Source of the DNA: Betaproteobacteria bacterium RIFCSPLOWO2_12_FULL_62_58 | GTDB lineage: Bacteria > Pseudomonadota > Gammaproteobacteria > Burkholderiales > SG8-41 | DNA length: 64,000 nucleotides | Assembly: GCA_001772005.1 (NCBI GenBank) | Contig: MERI01000231.1 | Location: 2,762 to 66,761, forward strand | Direction of reading: 5' to 3' | In this document: one piece after another, positions 8,626 to 17,731 of the stretch | Layout: each line of letters begins with the position of its first letter | Position numbering within the stretch: the stretch's first letter is position 1 | The notes under the pieces: model-generated | What the model saw: the letters and a program-made list of their open reading frames with translations, nothing else | Database searches by the model: none | What the model was told of the DNA's origin: nothing | Translations under genes and position numbers: made by a program

Positions 8626-10154
8626 TCGGCGTGGTCTCGTTTCTTCACCGCGGTCGCTGGCTTCGTACGTGCATGGCGCGCCGCTTCCGTGCCGGCAATC
8701 CGGCCAAACACCGCGCCGGACACTAGCCCCGTGCCGCTGGGATAGTTGAAATAGAAAAGTCCGCCGACCATCTCTCCAGCCGCAAAGAGCCCGGGGACAT
8801 CGTGCCCGGCCACGCTCTGCACGGCCGCCCGGGGCGAGACGCGTACGCCGCCGAACGTGAACGTGATCCCACAGGTGATAGCGTAAGCATGAAATGGCGG
8901 AGTGTCCAGCACGTTGGCCCAGTTCGACTTCGGGATCGCGAGACCGGTCGTGCCACGACCGTCCAGGATCACCGGGTTGAATGCGACATCCTGACGGACA
9001 GCCTTATTGTATTCAGCGATTGTCTTGAGGCAGCGTTCGGCGTTCACGCCCTCAAGCTTCGTCACCAGCGCTTCCAGAGTGGGCGCTTCTGCTTTGGTGA
9101 TCTTGCGTATACGGTACTCGTCCCTGAGCAGATGGTTCACCTTCGAGTCGAAAATCTGCCAGGCGAACATGCCGGGTTGCTTGAGGATTTCGACCCCGTA
9201 CTTCGCATACGTATAGTTCCTAAAGTCGGCGCCCTCGTCGACGAAACGCTCACCGTTGGCGTTCACCATGATACCGAACGGATAGCTGTGCTTCTGGAAC
9301 AGGTCGCCAATCTCGCGCTCGCCGAAAGGTGGTGCGTTCAAGTCCCAGCCTACGGCGTGCGCGCCGGACCAGTGGCCGAACGGCATCGCCCCGACGGCAA
9401 GCGCCATCCTGATGCCATCGCCCATGTTGAAGCGGGTCCCGCGCACCTTCGCGAGGTCCCAGTTGGGGCCCAGATACCGCGCCCGCATCTCGGCGTTAGA
9501 CTCGAAGCCGCCGCAGGCCAGCACGACCGCGCCCGCTCTCCGCCGGAGCGTCTTGCCCTGCGCTTCCGCGACCACCCCGCGCACTTCGCCATTTTCATAG
9601 ATCAGTTCGGTCGCCGCGGCCTCGTACAGCACCGGAATACCGTTCTTCTTCGCTATCTTGTGCAGGCTGTCAACGAGTCCCTGCCCGGCGCCCCAAGTCG
9701 CGCCTATGAGGCCGGCGTAGAACTTGACCTTGCCGCCGACTTTCTGCGACTGACGCGCCCACATCGCATCGAACCGCACGCCTTTCGACTTCATCCATGC
9801 CAGCGTCTTCCGGCTGTTGCGCACGAACAGCTCGGTGAGGTCCGGATCGCAACGGTACTGGGTCACACGTCCCATGTCTTCAAGGAATTCCTCTTCGGTG
9901 TAAGTGCCGAAGTCGGTGTTCGCAACTTCTTCATCGGTGAGGTCCAGGACCTCGCGCACCTCCTCAACGTTCTTGAAGGCGAATCGCGTGGCGCCGCCCG
10001 TGAATGCGCTGTTGCCGCCGCACTCCGCCTCCGGCGCTCTTTCGAGCACCATGACGCTCGCGCCTGCGTCCTGAGCGGCGAACGCAGCACACATTGCTGC
10101 ATTGCCCGCGCCAACGACCACCACATCGACTTGCTGCGCGTCCTTCAATTGCAT
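8622..10154 (-). CDS. FAD-dependent dehydrogenase, succinate dehydrogenase/fumarate reductase flavoprotein superfamily, TcuA (tricarballylate dehydrogenase)-like, copy 1
   Basis: N-terminal dinucleotide fold VDVVVVGAGNAAMCAAFAAQDAGASVMVLERAP..GGNS. The ATG at 10154 is preceded by GGAGGA; the ORF extension to 10208 is unlikely. About 510 aa. Confidence 0.7.
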   Translation of the reverse strand: MQLKDAQQVDVVVVGAGNAAMCAAFAAQDAGASVMVLERAPEAECGGNSAFTGGATRFAFKNVEEVREVLDLTDEEVANTDFGTYTEEEFLEDMGRVTQYRCDPDLTELFVRNSRKTLAWMKSKGVRFDAMWARQSQKVGGKVKFYAGLIGATWGAGQGLVDSLHKIAKKNGIPVLYEAAATELIYENGEVRGVVAEAQGKTLRRRAGAVVLACGGFESNAEMRARYLGPNWDLAKVRGTRFNMGDGIRMALAVGAMPFGHWSGAHAVGWDLNAPPFGEREIGDLFQKHSYPFGIMVNANGERFVDEGADFRNYTYAKYGVEILKQPGMFAWQIFDSKVNHLLRDEYRIRKITKAEAPTLEALVTKLEGVNAERCLKTIAEYNKAVRQDVAFNPVILDGRGTTGLAIPKSNWANVLDTPPFHAYAITCGITFTFGGVRVSPRAAVQSVAGHDVPGLFAAGEMVGGLFYFNYPSGTGLVSGAVFGRIAGTEAARHARTKPATAVKKRDHAE

Positions 10155-10371
10155 GCTTCCTCCAGTGTCCCTGTACGTAGCCGCGCTTGCCTGGCGGAGC
10201 GGGCACATGGGTGTCTAGTACCTTATCAAGCGCTCGCTCCGAGATAAAAGAACTTGTCTTGTGGCCAGTATGCCTCGTTGTTATCCTGACCGCCGACATG
10301 ACGCTGCAGCAACTTCGTTTTCTCTCAACATCCAGCAAATGCTCAATTCACACGCAGCGACTTGACCGGCT

Positions 10372-11481
10372 TCAGGCACCCGCCCTGACAATGACTTCAT
10401 CCTCCTCGACGGCGAAGGTGTGCGGAAACCCTTCCGACGCCCATTCCATGTACTGCACCGCGTCCGCAAAACGGGGATCTTGCCGGCGCAATGGCTCGGG
10501 CCGCAGCTGCTTGTCGATCAGAACCGGCAGGAATGAAGTCTTCTCGACGCCGTCGGGAGTAACCACCGCCTTCGCGATGAGGCTGCGTTTGGCGTCCTCC
10601 CCATAGGGAAGATGGGGATAGTCCGGGTCCAGCCTGACCCCGTAGCGCTTCTCAAACACCTCGGCCTCACGCGGCGTCTTCGCGCGGGATGACATGATGA
10701 AATTGCTCAGGCTGTAAAAGCATGCCTTGCCGTCGTAGACGCCGATCGCCTTTGGTACATGCGCATGATGGCCGAGGATCAGATCGGCGCCGGCCGCGAA
10801 TGCGGCGCGTGCCGCCGTCTTCTGGTAGTCGGCGATCATGCGCGGAATGAAATGGATGCCCCAGTGCAGCGACACGATTACCGCGTTCGCCGACCTCTTC
10901 GCGGCCGCGATGTCGGCGCGCATGTTCTCGAGGTCTTCCTCATACGGTACGGTGATTACGCGCGGCGGCACTCCGGCCTGATACTCGACCGCCTCATAGT
11001 AGGTGTGGGCCCGGAGCGGCGCGATGCCTGCCTTCTTCGGCCCCGCGGCATAGCCTTCGCGCAGGACCGAGCAGTAGGCGAGGAAAGCGACGCGGACCCC
11101 GTTGCCGTTTATGAAGGCCGGCTGTCTGGCCTCTTCGAGATTGCGGCCGGCGCCCACCGGGACGATACCCTTCCTGCGGAAGAGGTCGATCGAATCGAGC
11201 AGCGCGTCCTCCCCCCAGTCCATGGCATGGTTGCTCGCCACAGACACCACGTCGAAGCGGCAATCGTCGAATACCGATGCCATATGGGGTTTCACGCGGC
11301 TGTGTTCCCCGCCCGAGTGCACTTGCAGCGCACCACGCTCCGAGTACACCCTTTCGACTTGGGCAAACCGGAGATCGGCGGCCTGAAGGGTAGCGCGCAC
11401 GTGTGCGCCATAGCCCTCGGCGGGCTCGTGTATGGGGCCAATGTCGCCGCAAGCGAGGAGAACAAGACTCTCGCCAGTCAT
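10372..11481 (-). CDS. CapA/PGA_cap-family metallophosphoesterase-like protein
   Basis: ACGD..., SVASNHAMDWG, GAGRNLEEA and LHWG motifs are typical of CapA-family proteins. No signal peptide is evident. Confidence 0.65.
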   Translation of the reverse strand: MTGESLVLLACGDIGPIHEPAEGYGAHVRATLQAADLRFAQVERVYSERGALQVHSGGEHSRVKPHMASVFDDCRFDVVSVASNHAMDWGEDALLDSIDLFRRKGIVPVGAGRNLEEARQPAFINGNGVRVAFLAYCSVLREGYAAGPKKAGIAPLRAHTYYEAVEYQAGVPPRVITVPYEEDLENMRADIAAAKRSANAVIVSLHWGIHFIPRMIADYQKTAARAAFAAGADLILGHHAHVPKAIGVYDGKACFYSLSNFIMSSRAKTPREAEVFEKRYGVRLDPDYPHLPYGEDAKRSLIAKAVVTPDGVEKTSFLPVLIDKQLRPEPLRRQDPRFADAVQYMEWASEGFPHTFAVEEDEVIVRAGA

Positions 11482-11505
11482 GAAGAAAATGCCTTTCCCG
11501 GTGCT

Positions 11506-12483
11506 TTACAGCTTCATACCGGACGAGGCGACGAGCTTCGTCCACTTTTCGATTTCATGCGTGATCGTCTCCCTGAACTGCGTCGGCGTACTGGGTGCCG
11601 ATTCGATGCCGTCCGCAGCGAGCTTCTCCCGGATGTCAGGTGACCCGAGAATCTGCGCGATCTGGTGATTGATGTGCTGGACGATGGCTGGAGGCGTGTG
11701 TGCCGGCGCGACGAGACCGTACCAGCCGACGACGCTGTAACCGGTCAGGCCGGCCTCCGCGATGGCCGGCAGATCGGGCAACAAGCCGGACCGCTTGGAA
11801 CTCGTTACGCCGAGCGCTTTCAACCTGCGGGCTTTTACCTGCGGCATCGCAGAAATCGCGCTCGCGAGGAGCAGCTGCACCTGCCCGCTCATCAGATCGA
11901 TCATCGCTTGGCCGGCACCTTTGTAGGGCACGTGAACCATGTCGACTTTCGCCACGTCCTTGAACAGCTCCATGCCGAGATGTGCCGAAGAGCCCGTGCC
12001 GGAGGAGCCGTAGTTCAGCGCGCCCGGTTTGCTCTTTGCGAGCGCGATGAGCTCCTTCACCGACTTCACGGGCAGCGACGGATGCGCGAGCAGCACGTAA
12101 GGTTGAGAGGTCATCTGCGTAATCGGCGCGAACGTTGCCTGTATGTCGTAGGGCACGCGGGTGACGAGCGCAGCGTTGGTGAGTTGACTGCCGGACACGA
12201 CGAGCAGGGTATAGCCATCCGGGACAGCTTTTGCCGCAAGCTCCATCGCGATCGTTCCGCCCGCGCCCGCGCGGTTGTCCGTGACCACCGGCTGACCCCA
12301 CCGCTCCGTCAGCTTCTGCCCCACAGCACGCGACAGAATATCGCTGCCCCCGCCGGGTGCAAAACCCACCAGCAGCCGCACCGGTTTTATGGGATAGCGC
12401 GGCTCCGTTTGTGCATTCGCGCCGAACGGCAGCAGCATGCAGACAAAGCCTGCGCACCAACCGGCAATCATTCTAATGCCCAT
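11506..12483 (-). CDS. Bug-family substrate-binding protein
   Basis: Signal peptide followed by YPIKPVRLLVGFAPGGGSD. Confidence 0.85.
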   Translation of the reverse strand: MGIRMIAGWCAGFVCMLLPFGANAQTEPRYPIKPVRLLVGFAPGGGSDILSRAVGQKLTERWGQPVVTDNRAGAGGTIAMELAAKAVPDGYTLLVVSGSQLTNAALVTRVPYDIQATFAPITQMTSQPYVLLAHPSLPVKSVKELIALAKSKPGALNYGSSGTGSSAHLGMELFKDVAKVDMVHVPYKGAGQAMIDLMSGQVQLLLASAISAMPQVKARRLKALGVTSSKRSGLLPDLPAIAEAGLTGYSVVGWYGLVAPAHTPPAIVQHINHQIAQILGSPDIREKLAADGIESAPSTPTQFRETITHEIEKWTKLVASSGMKL

Positions 12484-12544
12484 TTTCCCTCCTCCTCGAA
12501 TCGTTCGATCTGAAGCAAAGCGAATCGTCTTGTGCCCGTTCCGG

Positions 12545-13063
12545 TCACGACGCGAGAGCCTGCTCGCGCAGGTAGCGCTCGCGCGCGAACTCGGGAAGCC
12601 CGCCGGCTGCGAAGATCCGTTCGATAAGCGGCGGAAACCTGCGGAGCTCGATGCTCGCGCCGCTCACCGGATTTCGCACGACCCCGGCGGGATAGTCGAC
12701 TTCCAGCGTTTCGCCGTCGTGCACGACCCCCGTTATGCCCGGGGCCATGAAAATCGGGATTGCCCGCGCGATGCTGTTGCGAAGGAACAACCGCGCCACC
12801 GATTCGGCGACGATCGCCGCGACGCCGACTTCGCGCAGGACGAGTCCCGGACGGCTCGACCCGCAGCCGAAATTGCGCCCGGCGACGAGGATGTCGCCGG
12901 GGCGGACTTCCTTCGGGAATTCGGGCCGGTACGCTTCCATCGTGTGCTGCTTCAACTCATCCATCGTCGGATACCGGTAATACGGATTGATCGCATCGGT
13001 CTCGATGGAGTCGCCGAATTTCCAGACGCGGCCGCGAATCCTGCGGTTCAGATCAAATGCCAT
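12545..13063 (-). CDS. Aconitase-family dehydratase small subunit (LeuD-like), copy 2
   Basis: Starts MAFDLNRRIRGRVWKFGDSIETD and contains FGCGS. The ATG at 13063 overlaps the stop of the LeuC-like gene. Paralog of 5804..6316. Confidence 0.85.
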   Translation of the reverse strand: MAFDLNRRIRGRVWKFGDSIETDAINPYYRYPTMDELKQHTMEAYRPEFPKEVRPGDILVAGRNFGCGSSRPGLVLREVGVAAIVAESVARLFLRNSIARAIPIFMAPGITGVVHDGETLEVDYPAGVVRNPVSGASIELRRFPPLIERIFAAGGLPEFARERYLREQALAS

Positions 13064-14333
13064 CGAACACCTCTTTCGGATTGACGATTTCGCCGGCGAC
13101 TGCGGCCGCTGCGACAGTAAGCGGTCCGGCAAGATAGATGTCGGCTTTAAGGCTGCCTTTGCGCCCCTTGAAATTGCGCGTGGTGGCGGTGATGCATACC
13201 TCGCCATCCGAGAGAAAGCCGACTTTCGGCTGGCATACACCGCATCCCGGCGTGACAACTTGTGCGCCGGCTTCGAGCAGGGTTTCGACGAGGCCCGCTT
13301 TGACGCACTGCAGATATACCTGCTGTGAGGCTGGTGAAATGAGAAAGCGCACACCTTTCGCGACTTTACGACCCTTGAGTACGCGCGCCGCGATCTCGAT
13401 GTCTTCGAAGCGGCCGTTCGCACACGAGCCGATAATCGCTTGCTGGATTCGCTGACCGGCGAGTTCGTCCACCGGCGCGACGTTTCCGAACTGATGCGGC
13501 CTGGCGACGACGAATGGCATGTCCTCGATGTCGAGTACGATCTCCTTCTCGTACTCGGCGTCCGGATCGGCCGCGATCGGCTCGTAACGCTTGTCGGTGC
13601 GGCCCCGCAAAAACTCGCGCGTCGTCTCGTCGAAAACGAACATCGCCAACTTCGCACCGACCTCGACCCCGTGCGCCGCGAGGCACATGCGGCTGTCGAT
13701 CGACAGTTGCGGCACGAGCGAACCGTCGTACTCCATCGACATGTTGCCGGCGAAGTCGTCGCCGTACCGACCAGCGAGGTAAAGAACGATGTCCTTGGCG
13801 ATCGGGTAGTTGGGTTGATGCCCGTTCAGCACGACCTTGATCGACTGCGGCACCTGGAACCACAGCTCGCCGAAGAGCAGCACGTAGAACATATCGGCGC
13901 GCGTGATGCCGGTCCCGCCCGCATTGAGCGCGCCATAGCTGATCGTGTGCGAATCGTTGCCCACCACCAACTCACCGGGCCGCATGAGGCCGTAATCGGC
14001 CATCATCTGGTGCGAGATGCCGGGCTCGGAATCATGGAAACTTCGAATACCGAGCCGTTCCACTTCCCTGCGGATGAGCGCGTTGTCGTCGGCCTGCTTT
14101 TGCGAGAGCGTCGGTTGGTGATGATCGACCAGTACGAATATCCGCTCAGGGTCCCACACGCGCGGTAGCCCTTCGTTGAAACCGGCCTGCAGCGCGAGAT
14201 CGTGCATCGGCTCCGAGGCATGGTAATGAACCATCGCGCCGTCAATTTGCGCTTCGATTATGTCGCCGGCGCGCACCGGTTTACCGGCAAGGTTATGCCC
14301 GGAAAATAATTTCTCGGCCATCGTCTGTGCCAT
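13053..14333 (-). CDS. Aconitase-family dehydratase large subunit (LeuC-like), copy 2
   Basis: Collinear with 6306..7583, sharing the GSCANGRFEDIEIAA and PGCGVCQPKVGFLS motifs. Confidence 0.85.
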   Translation of the reverse strand: MAQTMAEKLFSGHNLAGKPVRAGDIIEAQIDGAMVHYHASEPMHDLALQAGFNEGLPRVWDPERIFVLVDHHQPTLSQKQADDNALIRREVERLGIRSFHDSEPGISHQMMADYGLMRPGELVVGNDSHTISYGALNAGGTGITRADMFYVLLFGELWFQVPQSIKVVLNGHQPNYPIAKDIVLYLAGRYGDDFAGNMSMEYDGSLVPQLSIDSRMCLAAHGVEVGAKLAMFVFDETTREFLRGRTDKRYEPIAADPDAEYEKEIVLDIEDMPFVVARPHQFGNVAPVDELAGQRIQQAIIGSCANGRFEDIEIAARVLKGRKVAKGVRFLISPASQQVYLQCVKAGLVETLLEAGAQVVTPGCGVCQPKVGFLSDGEVCITATTRNFKGRKGSLKADIYLAGPLTVAAAAVAGEIVNPKEVFDGI

Positions 14334-14353
14334 GTTGTTTCTCTCCGTGCGGA

Positions 14354-15070
14354 TCAGTCCCGGGTCTCGGGAAAGAGCTGCTTCAGCCGTTCTTTCTGCG
14401 CGCTCCGGACATGACCTCGCGCGGCCTCTTCAGCTGCGTCCGGGTCGCGCTTCCGTATCGCAGCCAGGAGTTCACCGTGTTCGGCCAGGGCGCCCTTTGC
14501 GCGGTGTGGGAGCAGCATCTGGCTCTTCCCGAGCAGCCACATCGAATCGTTTACCGCGCTCAGGCTCTTTTCGAGGTAGCGGTTGTGCGCGCCGCGGTGC
14601 ACGGCCTCGTGAAAGAGCCGGTTGTGCCGCGCCAGCTCTTCGAAATTGCCCTGCAGGCGCTCCTCGCGCTTCACAAGTTCCTCGAGTTCCATGACCTCAA
14701 GGTCGGAGGCATGGCGCGCGCAGAGGCGCGCTGCCGTACCTTCGAGCACCTCGCGCATCACGTAGAGTTCGAGCATAGCCTGGCGGCTCAAGGAAGCGAC
14801 TACAAGACCGGTTCGCGGCTCCAAGGTGAGCATGCCGTCGCTCTCGAGCCGGCGTAACGCCTCGCGGACCGGTGTACGGCTCACCTTGAGCCATTCCGCG
14901 ACTTCGATTTCCATGATGCGCTGACCTGGCCGCAAAGCACCCTGCTGGATCGCTTCACGCATCTTCTGATACACGAGCTCGCTGAGCGAGGCGTAATGTT
15001 GCTCCTTCTTCGCGGCAGCCGCTGAGACGCGCGCGACAGACTTTCGAAGCAGTGCTGTAGTCGAGCCCAT
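14354..15070 (-). CDS. GntR-family transcriptional regulator (FadR/FCD type)
   Basis: N-terminal wHTH (LRPGQRIMEIEVAEWLKVSRTPVREALRRLESDGML) plus a helical C-terminal FCD-like domain. Confidence 0.85.
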   Translation of the reverse strand: MGSTTALLRKSVARVSAAAAKKEQHYASLSELVYQKMREAIQQGALRPGQRIMEIEVAEWLKVSRTPVREALRRLESDGMLTLEPRTGLVVASLSRQAMLELYVMREVLEGTAARLCARHASDLEVMELEELVKREERLQGNFEELARHNRLFHEAVHRGAHNRYLEKSLSAVNDSMWLLGKSQMLLPHRAKGALAEHGELLAAIRKRDPDAAEEAARGHVRSAQKERLKQLFPETRD

Positions 15071-15088
15071 GAATCCGCTCCTATGTAT

Positions 15089-16600
15089 TTACAAGGCTGC
15101 GCGCAGAGGCGATCTCTGTGCTGCATGCGCAGCCGCTTCCCGCCCGGCGATGCGCCCAAACACGGACCCGGCCATCAAGCCCGTGCTCCCTGGATAGTTG
15201 AAGTAATACAGTCCGCCCACGAGCTCGCCCGCCGCATAAAGCCCAGGAATCACCGCATCCTCCATGTCAAGCACATGAGTACCGGTGTCGATCTTGAGGC
15301 CACCAAACGTAAAGGTGATGCCGCATCCGACGGAATACGCCTCGAACGGCGCGACTTCAATCGGATTCGCCCAGTTGCTCTTGTTCACCTCGAGCCCCAG
15401 GGTGCAGCGGCCGTCCCTTACGTTCGGATCGAACGGCACGTCGCGTCTGACGGCGGCGTTGAATTGCCGGACAGTGTCCAGGAAGTTCCGCCCATGCACA
15501 TCCTGCATGCGGTCCGCAAGTTCCTCGAGCGTGTTCGCGGTGACTTTCGTTGCGCCGCGCAACTTGTATTCGTCGCGCAGCAGCGGCTTCACCTGTTGAT
15601 CGAAAATCTGCCACGCGAAGCTGCCCGGCTGCTGCAGCACGACGCGGCCGTACTTGGCGTAAGTGTAATTGCGGAAATCGGCGCCTTCGTCGACGAAGCG
15701 CTTGCCGTCGGCGTTCACCATGATGCCGAACGGATAGCTGTGACGGTAACCCGCGTGCGGATGCTCGACGTCGCCGTAATCCGGCGCGTAACGTTCCCAA
15801 GCCACCGAGTGGCAACCTGACCACTGCCCGTAGGATTGCGCGCCAATGTTGAGCGCCATCTGGATGCCGTCGCCGGTGTTGTAGCGCGTGCCTCGTACTT
15901 TGGCCATGTCCCAGCCAGGACCGAGGTAGCGCGTGCGCATTTCGCGGTTCGCCTCGAAGCCGCCGCTTGCGAGCACCACAGTCCTGGCGCGCACCACCTC
16001 CTCGACGCCGTTCGCGATGACGCGCACGCCTTCCACGCCATTCGATCCGCGGACGAGATTCCTGGCCTGCGTGTGGTAACGCACCGTGATACCGTGCTTG
16101 TCCGCGGCCTTGTAAAGCAGATCGACCAGTCCGCGCCCGCCGCCGTTCGCATAGATGACCACGCCGCCAAAGAACTTGAAACGGCCATTGACGTTGTAGG
16201 CTTGCCGACCGTAGTTGGCCATGAACTTGACGCCACGCTCGCGCATCCAGTGCACGGTATCGGTGCTGTTGCGCACGATCGTCTCGGCGAGATCGGGATC
16301 GATGTAATATTGGGTGATGCGGCCGAGATCATCCAGATAGTCTTCAGCCGTGTATTGGCCGAAGTCGGTCCGTCCGATTTCCTCGTCGGTAAGATCCGGA
16401 ACGATCTTCTTGATGTCGTCCGCGCCGTGATGCACGATGCGAAAGCCGCCGCCGGTAAACGCGCTGTTGCCGCCGCGCTTGTCCTCCGGCGCCCGTTCGA
16501 GCACGAGCACGCTCGCGCCCTGTTCCTGCGCCGACAGCGCGGCACAGAACGCGGCATTTCCACCGCCGACCACGACTACGTCATAGGGCTGATCGCTCAT
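15089..16600 (-). CDS. FAD-dependent dehydrogenase, TcuA-like, copy 2
   Basis: YDVVVVGGGNAAFCAALSAQEQGASVLVLERAP..GGNS. Collinear paralog of 8622..10154. Confidence 0.7.
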   Translation of the reverse strand: MSDQPYDVVVVGGGNAAFCAALSAQEQGASVLVLERAPEDKRGGNSAFTGGGFRIVHHGADDIKKIVPDLTDEEIGRTDFGQYTAEDYLDDLGRITQYYIDPDLAETIVRNSTDTVHWMRERGVKFMANYGRQAYNVNGRFKFFGGVVIYANGGGRGLVDLLYKAADKHGITVRYHTQARNLVRGSNGVEGVRVIANGVEEVVRARTVVLASGGFEANREMRTRYLGPGWDMAKVRGTRYNTGDGIQMALNIGAQSYGQWSGCHSVAWERYAPDYGDVEHPHAGYRHSYPFGIMVNADGKRFVDEGADFRNYTYAKYGRVVLQQPGSFAWQIFDQQVKPLLRDEYKLRGATKVTANTLEELADRMQDVHGRNFLDTVRQFNAAVRRDVPFDPNVRDGRCTLGLEVNKSNWANPIEVAPFEAYSVGCGITFTFGGLKIDTGTHVLDMEDAVIPGLYAAGELVGGLYYFNYPGSTGLMAGSVFGRIAGREAAAHAAQRSPLRAAL

Positions 16601-16689
16601 TATTGTTCTCCATTACCCTGCACGCCCGATGTGTTTGCCCGTACCTGAGATCTTGAACGAAACCCGAGGAAGAACTAGGCGGAATTCAT

Positions 16690-16719
16690 GTGTATACACG
16701 ATAATACATTACAATACAT
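16690..16719. promoter_or_regulatory. Candidate GntR-type operator (GTGTATACAC) plus tandem AATACAT repeats in a divergent promoter region
   Basis: A perfect 10-bp palindrome at 16690..16699 fits the GT-N-AC core of GntR operators. AATACAT occurs at 16703 and 16713. It lies between divergent genes 15089..16600 (-) and 16790..17731 (+). Confidence 0.4.
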
Positions 16720-16789
16720 GGCGTGACCAATCGTTCCCGTGAACAGGCGTCGACCGTTACGACGCCAAACGGCGGAGAAAAGCGCAACA

Positions 16790-17731
16790 ATGAATACTGA
16801 ATCGAAAGGTGTGCGCCTGCGCAAACTAATCAACCGCAAGGAAAAGGTATTAGTGGTGCTTCACCCGCCCACTGCCGCTCACGGACGCCTCATGGAGCAC
16901 GCGGGTTGCGAGGCGGGATTCGTTGGCACCGGAGGTGTCGTCGGTGCGTACACCGGGCTCGCCGACGTGGGCGCGCTTACCATGATGGAATGCGTGCAGA
17001 TCGCGGGCTGGATTGCGCAAGCGGTGAATTTTCCAATCATAATGGACGGTGACACCGGCCACGGCGGCATCATGGCCGTGCGGCGCATGGTGCGCGAGTG
17101 CATACGTGCGGGCATCGCCGGCGTGCGCATCGATGATCAGCCAATCGAAGGCAAGCGCCGGACCCAGACCGCGGGCATGGAAGTCGTGCCGATCGAGCAG
17201 GCGATCGCGCGCTATCGCGCCGCCGTCGACATGAAAAACGAGCTCGATCCCGGTTTCGTCATCATGGCGCAGTGCTACGCCCGGGATGCAGCGAACGGCG
17301 ATCTCGAGGACACGATCACCCGGCTCAAAGCGTATCGGGAGATTGCCGGCGTGGACTGGGTGCAGCTCGAATCACCGCACTCGGTGGACGAGATCAAACG
17401 CGCACGGGCCGCGGTGCAAGGTCCGTTTTCTTTCATGAAGGGAAAGCTGCCCCGCTACCTCGACCTGGATGGGCACCTCGCGCTTGGCGTCAATATCGCG
17501 TGGTATCCGGGCTTCACGCACCACGTTACATGGGCTGCTCTTTGGGATTTCATGCAGGACTTCCAAGCGCGCGGCATCACAGCGTGGGAGGAGTTCCTCG
17601 CGAGCCGCAAGGACCGTCCTTATCCGGAGCCTACGGTCGGGCCAGAAGGCGAAGGTGCGGACAAGCAGCGCGAGATCGAGGAGCGCTATCGCTCGCCGGG
17701 AGCGCTCAAGAAATTCCGAGATGGGCGATGA
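16790..17731 (+). CDS. Isocitrate lyase / PEP mutase superfamily protein (non-canonical active-site loop)
   Basis: DGDTGHGG and GVRIDDQ motifs. ATG at 16790 (the ORF opens at GTG 16739). The K-[KR]-C-G-H loop is replaced by GKRRTQTAG. Confidence 0.75.
   Translation: MNTESKGVRLRKLINRKEKVLVVLHPPTAAHGRLMEHAGCEAGFVGTGGVVGAYTGLADVGALTMMECVQIAGWIAQAVNFPIIMDGDTGHGGIMAVRRMVRECIRAGIAGVRIDDQPIEGKRRTQTAGMEVVPIEQAIARYRAAVDMKNELDPGFVIMAQCYARDAANGDLEDTITRLKAYREIAGVDWVQLESPHSVDEIKRARAAVQGPFSFMKGKLPRYLDLDGHLALGVNIAWYPGFTHHVTWAALWDFMQDFQARGITAWEEFLASRKDRPYPEPTVGPEGEGADKQREIEERYRSPGALKKFRDGR

Noticed and set aside
8802-10247. 481-aa plus-strand ORF antisense to the TcuA-like gene. Similar long antisense ORFs occur at 10759..11643, 11665..12513, 15083..15820, 15836..16648, 19367..20251, 20417..21265, 21210..22391, 22547..24052, 45342..46274 and 46199..47482.
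   Set aside because: Arg/Ala/His/Pro-rich low-complexity translations are typical of the antisense frame of high-GC genes. The opposite strand carries strongly family-like proteins in every case.
12545-13657. Long N-terminal extensions of ORFs (12545..13657, 5804..6595, 45258..46532, 19682..21511, 22478..23959, 57094..58674, 3251..4831)
   Set aside because: The extensions read through the upstream gene in another frame and are Arg/Ser-rich. Internal starts with SDs coincide with the family N-termini and with the upstream stop codons.
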